Below, piece by piece: positions 9,198-17,543 of a stretch of DNA of 60,055 bases (position 1 is its first letter; each line of letters begins with the position of its first letter). Below the pieces are notes generated by a model, which worked only from the letters and a program-made list of their open reading frames with translations, was not told where the DNA came from and ran no database searches. Position numbers and translations under genes: made by a program. The DNA comes from Candidatus Omnitrophota bacterium. Its GTDB lineage: Bacteria; Omnitrophota; Gorgyraeia; Gygaellales; Profunditerraquicolaceae. The stretch spans positions 1 to 60,055 of the forward strand of contig JBAXLM010000002.1 in NCBI GenBank assembly GCA_037134795.1, given 5' to 3'.

Positions 9198-9209
9198 TTA
9201 AAACAGAAA

Positions 9210-10664
9210 ATGAAAATAACTATTGAAGAAACTAAAGAGATGCTTCATAAATTACTCGATAACTCAGGCGTAATTATGCTTTACTTGGATAATCATGAAA
9301 ACGTTATTTTCTGCAATAAAAAATTAAAAGATATAACTGGCCTTAATCACGAACAAATCATCGGTAAAAACTGGCTTAGTATATTATTCCGCAACAAAAA
9401 TAGCATCATAAAAAAGGATTTGCTCAAAGCAGTCATGGATGATTCCATGAAGTATAAAAGAGGCAAGGATTTTGAAGGAGCCATCCTGGATAAGGAAGGT
9501 AACGAAAGGTTTATTGCATGGAATCTCACTCCAATTCAGGCTGAAAATAACCAGATCGAAGGAAACATATTGGTCGGACACGATATTACTGAGACCAAAG
9601 AAAGAGAATCTTCGTTAAAAAATATCGGGGAAACGTTAAAGAATATCTTTTCCGGAATAAAAGAATATGCCTTATATTTGATTAACCTGGATGGGAATAT
9701 CACCTATTTTGGTATGGGTTCAGAAACAATGCTAGGCTGGAACAAACGAGACATCATTTTTAAACACGTTTCCATTCTGCACAATTTTGACTCTGCGGCT
9801 AATTTACAATCTATTCTGGAAAACGTACGCAATTTCGGTAAATATGAAACTGAAATAGACCTAGTTACTAAAGCTAACGGAACTATTCCGGTAATTTTAA
9901 CCGTTAATCAATTTCTGGATTCAACCGGAAAGCTCTCAGGTTATATTTTTATCGCAAAAGATATCACTGAAAGAAAAAAATTAGAATATCAGATATTCCA
10001 AGCGGAAAAATTAGCAGCCTTAGGCCAACTTTCCGCGGGTATGGCGCATGAAATTAATAACCCTCTTTTTGTTATATCCGGAAGATTGGAAATGCTCAAA
10101 GATGAACGGCTTAACCAAAAAGTTAAAAACAGCCTTAATTTAATCGGCGCTCAAACTGACCGTATTCGTAAACTTGTCGATAGAATTTTAAAATTTTCGC
10201 GTAAAACAACCCCCACTTTTGAAGCAATTGCGATAAACGATGCCATTGAGTTAGTTTTACCGCTTATTTACTATAATAATCTTCCAATGTCTAAAATTGA
10301 AATAAAGAAAAACTTTGAAAAGGAGATGCCTAAAATAAAGGGGGACCTGCACCAGCTGCAGGAAGTTTTTCTTAACCTTCTCATAAACGCTTGTCAATCC
10401 ATGCCAAGCGGCGGAGTAATTGAAATTACCACAAGCAATTTTCAGAATCTTTATGCACAAATACAAATTAGCGATACGGGAACGGGAGTACCGCCAAGCC
10501 AACTAAAAAACATTTTTATGCCTTTTTTTTCAACGAAACACGACGGTACTGGGTTAGGCTTATCAATTTGTCATAACATTATTAAAAATCATAACGGATC
10601 AATTGAATTAAAAAGCCAAGTTAATCAAGGGACAACTTTTACGATTAAATTACCTTTTAACTAA
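9210..10664 (+). CDS. PAS-PAS sensor histidine kinase (cytoplasmic)
   Basis: Two PAS-like segments, H-box AAGMAHEINNPL, N-box NLLINACQSM, G-boxes DTGTGV and GTGLGLSI. The ORF-track start at 9171 lies inside tRNA-Gly, so the start was moved to the ATG at 9210. Confidence 0.85.
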   Translation: MKITIEETKEMLHKLLDNSGVIMLYLDNHENVIFCNKKLKDITGLNHEQIIGKNWLSILFRNKNSIIKKDLLKAVMDDSMKYKRGKDFEGAILDKEGNERFIAWNLTPIQAENNQIEGNILVGHDITETKERESSLKNIGETLKNIFSGIKEYALYLINLDGNITYFGMGSETMLGWNKRDIIFKHVSILHNFDSAANLQSILENVRNFGKYETEIDLVTKANGTIPVILTVNQFLDSTGKLSGYIFIAKDITERKKLEYQIFQAEKLAALGQLSAGMAHEINNPLFVISGRLEMLKDERLNQKVKNSLNLIGAQTDRIRKLVDRILKFSRKTTPTFEAIAINDAIELVLPLIYYNNLPMSKIEIKKNFEKEMPKIKGDLHQLQEVFLNLLINACQSMPSGGVIEITTSNFQNLYAQIQISDTGTGVPPSQLKNIFMPFFSTKHDGTGLGLSICHNIIKNHNGSIELKSQVNQGTTFTIKLPFN

Positions 10665-10675
10665 GGGGAGGGGCG

Positions 10676-11065
10676 ATGGTTTACAAGATTTTAATAGTTG
10701 ACGATGAAGAAGCAGTAAGAGATTTGTTTTCTGAACTGTTAAAAAAGGAAGGGTATAAAACAAATACCTGCGCTACTGGAGAGGAAACGTTAGAGCTACT
10801 TAAAAAAGAAAACTTTGACGTGGTTCTTTTGGATATCAAATTACCCGGTGTAAGCGGATTAGAGGTTCTAAAAAATATACGAGATAGCTATTCTAATCTT
10901 CCAGTAGTTATGATTACCGGATTCGGCTACGATGAAGATTTGATTAGTAAAACAAAACAACTTGGATGCTCAGGATATATCGGTAAAAATATGCCCATAT
11001 CACAAATAATAACTACCTTTAAACAATTTGTTAAAAGCGCCAAAGAAAACGGGAGTAACACTTAA
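10676..11065 (+). CDS. Single-domain response regulator (CheY-like receiver)
   Basis: 129 aa. ILIVDDEE acidic pocket, phospho-acceptor context VVLLDIKLPG, conserved T (MITG) and K (GKNMP). Confidence 0.85.
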   Translation: MVYKILIVDDEEAVRDLFSELLKKEGYKTNTCATGEETLELLKKENFDVVLLDIKLPGVSGLEVLKNIRDSYSNLPVVMITGFGYDEDLISKTKQLGCSGYIGKNMPISQIITTFKQFVKSAKENGSNT

Positions 11066-11066
11066 T

Positions 11067-11816
11067 ATGAGCGATGAATTTTTAAAACCTGTTTACATAG
11101 ATGCTTTTGATTTAGATGATGCGTGGTTTCAATGCTTATCCGCGATATTAGATAAGGGCCATGCTTATACAATCACCCGCGGAAGCTATGAGGGACAAAA
11201 ACGCTTAGAATTTGATTTTGTTTCCGTAAGGGTGCGTAAGCCCAATCACCAAATAATCCCAATTATTCCGGAAGGCATGAATATCCCCGCACCAACAGAT
11301 ATGAATTACATTCAAGGATATTTGAGTTACTTGCTTACTGGAGCAAAGACAGAAACCGAAGATTATACTTATGGAGAAAGGTTAGTGGATCCTAAGGTGA
11401 GAATTTCGCAAACCTTAGACGGTAAAGAACTAACGCATGATATGCCTTTAAATGTTAATCAGATAGAAGAAGTGATAAAAATGTACAAAGAAAACGGGCC
11501 AGGAACTAACCAAGCGGTGATGGAAATCGGCATGCCCTCAGATATTACATTAGTCGATCCGCCATGCTTAAGGTTAATTGATACGCGCCTGCGTTACGGG
11601 AAACTTCATTTTATTCTATACTTTCGCTCCTGGGATCTTTGGGGAGGCTTTCCTTCTAATTTAGGCGGGCTACAACTGGTCAAACAATATATGGCTGAAG
11701 AGATCGGGGTTGATGACGGCGAAATTATTGCTGTAAGCAAAGGGTTGCATCTTTATGATTACGCCTGGGACTTAGCAAAATTAAGAACAAATAAAAATAA
11801 TTTAGTGATAAAATAA
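11067..11816 (+). CDS. Thymidylate synthase-like protein (ThyA superfamily, archaeal/methanogen-like short form)
   Basis: Catalytic-Cys context DPPCLRL (ThyA has PPCH), FRSWDLWGGFPSNL (ThyA has RSxDxxLGxPFNI), and YTYGERL. The start was moved to the ATG at 11067, just after the receiver gene stop. Confidence 0.55.
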   Translation: MSDEFLKPVYIDAFDLDDAWFQCLSAILDKGHAYTITRGSYEGQKRLEFDFVSVRVRKPNHQIIPIIPEGMNIPAPTDMNYIQGYLSYLLTGAKTETEDYTYGERLVDPKVRISQTLDGKELTHDMPLNVNQIEEVIKMYKENGPGTNQAVMEIGMPSDITLVDPPCLRLIDTRLRYGKLHFILYFRSWDLWGGFPSNLGGLQLVKQYMAEEIGVDDGEIIAVSKGLHLYDYAWDLAKLRTNKNNLVIK

Positions 11817-11821
11817 AGATA

Positions 11822-12820
11822 ATGCGCAAACTAAAGATTTCTGTGTTAGGCGATGGGGGATGGGGGACAACATTAGCTATACTACTTTCTAGTAAAAGCT
11901 ATGCCGTTACCCTTTGGGGTGCTTTTGAAAATTATACTAAGACTATGGCTAAAAACCGGTTAAACTCTAAATTTTTACCTGGAATACGCATCCCTAGAAA
12001 AATCGAAATCACTAGCGATCTTAAAAAAGCTATTTTTTGCAAAGATATTATTGTTTTAGCCATTCCTTCGCAGTATACACGAAATATATTGAAAAGAATT
12101 AAGGGCAATTTTAGTAAAAATACAATTTTCTTAAGCGTTACTAAGGGCATCGAAATAAAATCTTTGAAACGAATCTCGGAAATAATTAATTCAGAATTAG
12201 GCTCAGTTAAATTAGCAGTGCTATCCGGCCCGACTATAGCCGGCGAAGTAGCCAAAGGTATCCCAACAGCAGCTGTCATCGCTTCTAGCAACAAAAAAGT
12301 ACGTAAATTATTACAAACCATATTTAATACAGAAAGATTCCGCGTATACACTAATCCGGATGTTATAGGAGTAGAATTAGGAGGAAGTTTAAAAAACGTA
12401 ATAGCTATTGCCTGTGGCGTATCCGATGGTTTGGGGTTTGGCTCTAATACTAAAGCAGCAATACTGGCGCGTGGTTTAGCTGAAATCTCTAGATTAGGTA
12501 AGAAAATGGGCGCAACTTTAGAAACTTTTAGCGGAATAAGCGGATTGGGCGACCTTGTAACTACATGTATAAGTAAACAGAGCAGAAATCGATTTGTAGG
12601 AGAACAGATTGGTAAAGGAAAGGCCTTGAAAGAGATTTATAAACATATGCAAATGGTAGCCGAAGGTGTGCCTACAGCAAAATCTGCCTTTGCCTTAAGT
12701 AAAAAATACAAAGTAGATATGCCTATAACAAAAGAAGTGTATAAATTATTATATCAGGGCAAAACACCTTCAAAAGCAGTAAACGATTTGATGACGAGAA
12801 AAAGCAAGGAAGAGATATAG
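11822..12820 (+). CDS. gpsA: NAD(P)H-dependent glycerol-3-phosphate dehydrogenase
   Basis: ISVLGDGGWGTTLA Rossmann motif, plus GSLKNVIAIA.G and GLGDLVTTC motifs. Confidence 0.9.
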   Translation: MRKLKISVLGDGGWGTTLAILLSSKSYAVTLWGAFENYTKTMAKNRLNSKFLPGIRIPRKIEITSDLKKAIFCKDIIVLAIPSQYTRNILKRIKGNFSKNTIFLSVTKGIEIKSLKRISEIINSELGSVKLAVLSGPTIAGEVAKGIPTAAVIASSNKKVRKLLQTIFNTERFRVYTNPDVIGVELGGSLKNVIAIACGVSDGLGFGSNTKAAILARGLAEISRLGKKMGATLETFSGISGLGDLVTTCISKQSRNRFVGEQIGKGKALKEIYKHMQMVAEGVPTAKSAFALSKKYKVDMPITKEVYKLLYQGKTPSKAVNDLMTRKSKEEI

Positions 12821-12841
12821 CGGGGCACGCAAAATATAATA

Positions 12842-12916
12842 CGGGGCGTGGCTCAGTTTGGCTAGAGCGCTTGAATGGGGTTCAAGAGGTCGACAGTTCA
12901 AATCTGTCCGCCCCGA
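12842..12916 (+). tRNA. tRNA-Pro (anticodon GGG)
   Basis: Acceptor CGGGGCG/CGCCCCG, anticodon stem CTTGA/TCAAG with loop AT-GGG-GT, T arm GACAG-TTCAAAT-CTGTC. Confidence 0.85.
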
Positions 12917-12961
12917 CTTATTAAGAAGTAAAATTGATCCATTAAAAAGGAGACGTATTAA

Positions 12962-13318
12962 ATGGCTAATTACTCAGGACTAGAGAAAAGAAAATACCCA
13001 AGAGCAAACGGCAGGTTTATTGTTTCGTATAGAATTTTAGAGAATGACACAACCACTGATATAACCCAAACCAAAAATTTATGTTTAGGTGGAATGCTGC
13101 TCACGACGAATTGTAAATTTCCAATCGGGACAATCTTAGACCTTGAGATCCGCTTACCTTTTGATCCAAACCCGATTAAGCTGATTAGCAGAGTTTTAGA
13201 ATCCAGAGAAATTACCAAAGATATTATTTATGATACAAGGCTTATTTTTCTATCGATCGATGAAAAACACCATAAGGTAATTAATGAAACCGTCAGCTAT
13301 TATCTTAAGAAAGGGTAA
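12962..13318 (+). CDS. Stand-alone PilZ domain protein
   Basis: 118 aa. RxxxR motif (RKYPR) and NLCLGG (variant of [D/N]xSxxG). AAGGAG Shine-Dalgarno upstream. Confidence 0.65.
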   Translation: MANYSGLEKRKYPRANGRFIVSYRILENDTTTDITQTKNLCLGGMLLTTNCKFPIGTILDLEIRLPFDPNPIKLISRVLESREITKDIIYDTRLIFLSIDEKHHKVINETVSYYLKKG

Positions 13319-13321
13319 TTT

Positions 13322-14617
13322 ATGAAGAAAATAAATATCGGCCTAATTGGTTTCGGTAATGTTGGATGTGGGGTCGTGAAAATCCTTCAACAAAGAAAGG
13401 CTTTTCTTGCTCAAAAAATCGGGATTGAAATCGCTATAAAAAAAATCTGCGATAAAGATACTGCAAAAAAAAGAGATGTTTTGATAGATAAATCTTTACT
13501 GACCAGTGATGCCAATTTAGTTCTTAACGACCCGTCGATTGATATTGTTGTAGAATTAATGGGAGGGACTACTCTCGCGAAAGATTATATATTAAGCGCT
13601 TTAAAGAAGGGAAAACATGTTGTTACCGCAAACAAAGCTTTGCTTGCTGAGCATGGCTTAGAGTTATTTGCGGAAGCATCCGAAAGAGGCAAAAATATTT
13701 ACTTTGAGGCTTCAGTAGGGGCGGGTATACCGATAATAAAATCAATAAGAGAAGGTTTGATAGCGAATAAATTTAGTTGTGTCTTTGGAATTGTTAACGG
13801 CACGTCAAACTACGTGCTTACGCAAATGTCTGATGAAAACTGTACTTTCTCAACTGCCCTCAGCGCGGCGCAAGCAAAGGGTTTTGCCGAAAAAGACCCC
13901 AGTTTAGATATTCAAGGCATTGACTCAGCGCATAAATTAGTATTACTGACTTACTTAGCATTTGGAAGAATAGTCAACCTTAAGGATATATTTATTGAAG
14001 GCATATCTCATATATCCTTGGCAGATATAAATTACGCCAAAGAGTTAGGATACACAATAAAGCTACTTGCCATTGCAAAAAAAGAAGGCAATGAACTAGA
14101 AGTTCGAGTACATCCAACTTTCTTGCCACAAGAACACCTGTTGTCTTCAGTAGATGGAGTTTTTAATGCTATTTATGTATCCAGCGACTTAGCAGGCGAT
14201 CTTATGTTTTACGGGCCAGGAGCAGGCCAATTATCTGCTGCTTCAGCGGTTGTTTCGGATATAGTTGACCTTACTCAAGATATAAAAGCCGGCCTATTCC
14301 GTCCGACCTTAAATACCGTAGAAGATAATTTAATTAAAGGTTTACGCAAAATAGATGAATTTGAAAATAAATACTATATACGTATTATGGCAATAGATAA
14401 ACCCGGGGTATTAGCTAAAATATCAGGAATTTTGGCAAAATACGGCATTAGTATTGCTTCCGTAACACAAAAGGAGAAATTAAAATCACAAGTTGTCCCA
14501 GTAGTTATGATCACCCACCAGGCAAAAGAAAAAAGCCTGCGCAACGCCTTAAAGATGATTGATAAATTAACCGATATTAAGGAAAAATCTATAGCTATAA
14601 GAATTGAGGGCGTTTAG
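13322..14617 (+). CDS. hom: Homoserine dehydrogenase with C-terminal ACT domain
   Basis: IGLIGFGNVG Rossmann motif, ANK, GAGIPII, and DKPGVLAKISGILAKYGISIASV (ACT). Confidence 0.9.
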   Translation: MKKINIGLIGFGNVGCGVVKILQQRKAFLAQKIGIEIAIKKICDKDTAKKRDVLIDKSLLTSDANLVLNDPSIDIVVELMGGTTLAKDYILSALKKGKHVVTANKALLAEHGLELFAEASERGKNIYFEASVGAGIPIIKSIREGLIANKFSCVFGIVNGTSNYVLTQMSDENCTFSTALSAAQAKGFAEKDPSLDIQGIDSAHKLVLLTYLAFGRIVNLKDIFIEGISHISLADINYAKELGYTIKLLAIAKKEGNELEVRVHPTFLPQEHLLSSVDGVFNAIYVSSDLAGDLMFYGPGAGQLSAASAVVSDIVDLTQDIKAGLFRPTLNTVEDNLIKGLRKIDEFENKYYIRIMAIDKPGVLAKISGILAKYGISIASVTQKEKLKSQVVPVVMITHQAKEKSLRNALKMIDKLTDIKEKSIAIRIEGV

Positions 14618-14622
14618 TAAAG

Positions 14623-15693
14623 ATGAAAAACTATGGTATAATTGAAAAATATAAAAAATATTTACCCGTCGGGCAAACAACCCCAATAATTACTTTAAAT
14701 GAAGGCAATACTCCCTTGGTTTTTGCCAGTTATTTGAGTAAATTGGCGGGTGAAAACTTCGAGGTGTATCTAAAATGCGAAGGAGCTAACCCTACAGGTT
14801 CATTTAAAGACCGCGGAATGACCTTAGCTATATCCAAGGCTTGTGAAGAAAAAGCTACCGCGGTTATCTGCGCATCAACGGGTAATACTTCTGCATCTGC
14901 CGCGGCATATTCGGCTCGCGCCGGTATAAAATGTATTGTGCTTATTCCTAACGGAGCAATTGCGCTAGGAAAACTTAGCCAAGCATTAATCCACGGGGCA
15001 GAGGTCTTGGCAATAAGCGGAAATTTTGATACGGCCTTAGAATTAGCTAAAGAGATTAGTTTAAAATACCCAGTAACTCTTGTTAACTCTCTTAATCCCT
15101 TTCGCATCGAAGGACAAAAAACCGGTAGTTTTGAAATATGTGATTACCTTGGAGAGGCTCCAGATTTCCAAATTATGCCAGTAGGAAACGCAGGAAATAT
15201 CACTGCTTATTGGAAAGGATATAAAGAATACAAATCAGGAGGGCTCAGCAAGAAACTTCCTGGTATGCTGGGTTTTCAAGCAGAAGGCGCTTGTCCTATA
15301 GTAAAAAATAAACCTATTAAGTATCCTAAAACAATTGCCACTGCCATTCAAATAGGAAACCCGGCAAGCTGGAAAAGTGCGCTAGAGGCACGCGATGAAT
15401 CTAATGGGCTAATTGATTCAGTAACTGATGCCCAAATCTTAGCAGCTTATAAAATTCTAGCAGTTAAAGAAGGCGTGTTTGCTGAACCAGCCTCAGCAGC
15501 ATGCATTGCTGGACTATTAAAATTAATCAAAAATGGATATTTTAGAAAAATTAATACTACTAACAAATGTAAAATTGTGTGTATATTAACCGGACACGGT
15601 TTAAAGGATCCGGAAAGAGCCATAAAAAGCGTAAAAAAACCAAAACTACTTAGGCCTAACATTAAAACGATATTAAAAGAGATTGGATACTAA
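14623..15693 (+). CDS. thrC: Threonine synthase
   Basis: PLP-lysine motif NPTGSFKDRG, plus ASTGNTSAS and GNAGN. Confidence 0.9.
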   Translation: MKNYGIIEKYKKYLPVGQTTPIITLNEGNTPLVFASYLSKLAGENFEVYLKCEGANPTGSFKDRGMTLAISKACEEKATAVICASTGNTSASAAAYSARAGIKCIVLIPNGAIALGKLSQALIHGAEVLAISGNFDTALELAKEISLKYPVTLVNSLNPFRIEGQKTGSFEICDYLGEAPDFQIMPVGNAGNITAYWKGYKEYKSGGLSKKLPGMLGFQAEGACPIVKNKPIKYPKTIATAIQIGNPASWKSALEARDESNGLIDSVTDAQILAAYKILAVKEGVFAEPASAACIAGLLKLIKNGYFRKINTTNKCKIVCILTGHGLKDPERAIKSVKKPKLLRPNIKTILKEIGY

Positions 15694-16333
15694 TTTAAAA
15701 GGAAAAAAGGTTTTAATAACCTCTGGGCCCACTTGGGTGGCAATAGATAGCGTAAGGGTTATAAGTAATACTGCAACTGGTGAAACCGGAATCGAGTTAG
15801 CTAAAAAATTTATTCAACAAGGCTGCAGGGTTACTCTTTTGTTAGGCCCGGTTAACATCGCTAGCTTAGATAACAAAATAAAGGTAAAACGTTTTTCATT
15901 TTTTAAAGAGTTAAATACTTTATTAAAAAGCGAACTTAAGAAAGATTTCGATATTGTAATTCAATCCGCTGCAATAAGCGATTTTGCTCCTAAGCTCTCT
16001 GATAATAAGAAAATAAGCTCAGGATGCAAAAAGCTTAAACTTATACTTAAACCGACAGTTAAAATTATTAATTGTTTACGTAAGCTTAAACCAAATGCAT
16101 TTCTGATAGGTTTTAAATTTGAGCCACACTTTAAAGCTAGGGAACTTATTAAAAAAACACGTAACCTTATTGAATCAGCTAATCTAGATTTAGCAGTAGG
16201 TAACAACTTGCTTAATAAACAATATAGCGCGTATCTTGTAAATAAAACAGGCGCATGCGGCCCATTTTTATCAAAACCGGCAATGGTTAACAATTTAATT
16301 AAATTAATCGAGAGAAAATATGCCGCAAACTAA
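15683..16333 (+). CDS. coaB: Phosphopantothenate-cysteine ligase, monofunctional (CoaB domain only)
   Basis: VLITSGPTWVAIDSVRVISNTATGETG matches the CoaB consensus (TxGGTxExIDxVRxIxNxSSGxxG). No CoaC flavoprotein half is present. Confidence 0.75.
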   Translation: MDTNLKGKKVLITSGPTWVAIDSVRVISNTATGETGIELAKKFIQQGCRVTLLLGPVNIASLDNKIKVKRFSFFKELNTLLKSELKKDFDIVIQSAAISDFAPKLSDNKKISSGCKKLKLILKPTVKIINCLRKLKPNAFLIGFKFEPHFKARELIKKTRNLIESANLDLAVGNNLLNKQYSAYLVNKTGACGPFLSKPAMVNNLIKLIERKYAAN

Positions 16334-17534
16334 GTACATTGTTTTAGTTGCAGACGGAATGGCAGATTACCCAATCCCAGAGTTAGGATTACGTACCCCT
16401 TTAGAGGCAGCGCGTACTCCGAATATGGATTTTATCGCTAAAAGCGGCTTGGTGGGGCAAGCCAAGACTATTCCCAATAAGATGAGCCCCGCATCCGACG
16501 TAGCTAATCTTTCAATATTAGGATATGACCCCAAAAAATATTATTCAGGCAGGGGCCCCTTAGAAGCTGCTAATCTTGGCATAGAATTAGAAGACGACGA
16601 CGTTGTCTTCCGCTGTAATTTAATTACTGCCGGTGATGATATTTTACTTGATTATAGCTCTGGGCACATCAAATCAAAAGAAGCGGATCAATTGATCAAA
16701 TTCATTGACCAAAAGTTAGGTAACAATAAATTAAGATTTTTTCCCGGAGTAAGCTATCGGCACCTGCTTTTAGTCAAGCGTGGAGCTGAATTAAAGTTAG
16801 AGTCCTTAATTTGCCACGCGCCACACGATATCACGGGGATGAATATCAGTAAAAACCTGCCTAGGGGTGATAACGCAGATTTAATTATAAAACTTATGCT
16901 TGATTCTCGCCAAATACTAAACAATCACGAGATTAATCAAGTGCGTTTAGACTTAAAGGAGAACCCAGGTAATATGATTTGGCTGTGGGGCCAAGGTAAA
17001 AAAACAAATATGCCTAAATTCCTAGATAAATTTGGGTTATCAGGAAGCGTTATATCCGCAGTCGACTTAATCAAAGGGCTGGGAAGGCTTCTTGGCCTGG
17101 AAGTAATTAATGTGATAGGGGCAACTGGTTATTATGATACCGATTACGAAGCGAAAGCCAGAGCGGCAATTAAATCTCTAAAAAAACATAACTTTACTTT
17201 TGTGCATGTAGAAGCACCGGATGAAGCCGGACATAATGGTGATCTACGGGAAAAACTTACAGCTATTGAACGATTTGATCAACTAGTCGTAGGAACAATA
17301 TTAGAATATTGTAAAGAAAAAAACGATTTTCGTATTATGGTTTTACCTGATCACGCTACACCGCTATCACTAAAAACACACACCTCAGAAGCAATTCCCT
17401 TTGCAATGTGCGGGAATGGTATCATTGCTAAAGGTTTTAATAGTTATAGTGAGAAAGAAGCGCAAAAATCAGAACTTTATTTTGAAAATGGGTATGAACT
17501 AATGAATTATTTCTTAAATACCCCGCGCTTATAA
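16320..17534 (+). CDS. Archaeal-type cofactor-independent phosphoglycerate mutase family protein (ApgM-like); possible non-orthologous homoserine kinase
   Basis: 404 aa. N-terminal VLVADGMAD metal-site motif and HVEAPDEAGHNGD...DH.TP (alkaline-phosphatase superfamily). Sits between thrC/coaB and lysC. Confidence 0.7.
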   Translation: MPQTKYIVLVADGMADYPIPELGLRTPLEAARTPNMDFIAKSGLVGQAKTIPNKMSPASDVANLSILGYDPKKYYSGRGPLEAANLGIELEDDDVVFRCNLITAGDDILLDYSSGHIKSKEADQLIKFIDQKLGNNKLRFFPGVSYRHLLLVKRGAELKLESLICHAPHDITGMNISKNLPRGDNADLIIKLMLDSRQILNNHEINQVRLDLKENPGNMIWLWGQGKKTNMPKFLDKFGLSGSVISAVDLIKGLGRLLGLEVINVIGATGYYDTDYEAKARAAIKSLKKHNFTFVHVEAPDEAGHNGDLREKLTAIERFDQLVVGTILEYCKEKNDFRIMVLPDHATPLSLKTHTSEAIPFAMCGNGIIAKGFNSYSEKEAQKSELYFENGYELMNYFLNTPRL

Positions 17535-17543
17535 GGAGAACGA

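Noticed and set aside
9171-9209. N-terminal extension of the histidine kinase ORF (MGVRFPSPALKQK)
   Set aside because: These codons are the T-arm and acceptor end of tRNA-Gly read in-frame. The kinase start was moved to the ATG at 9210.
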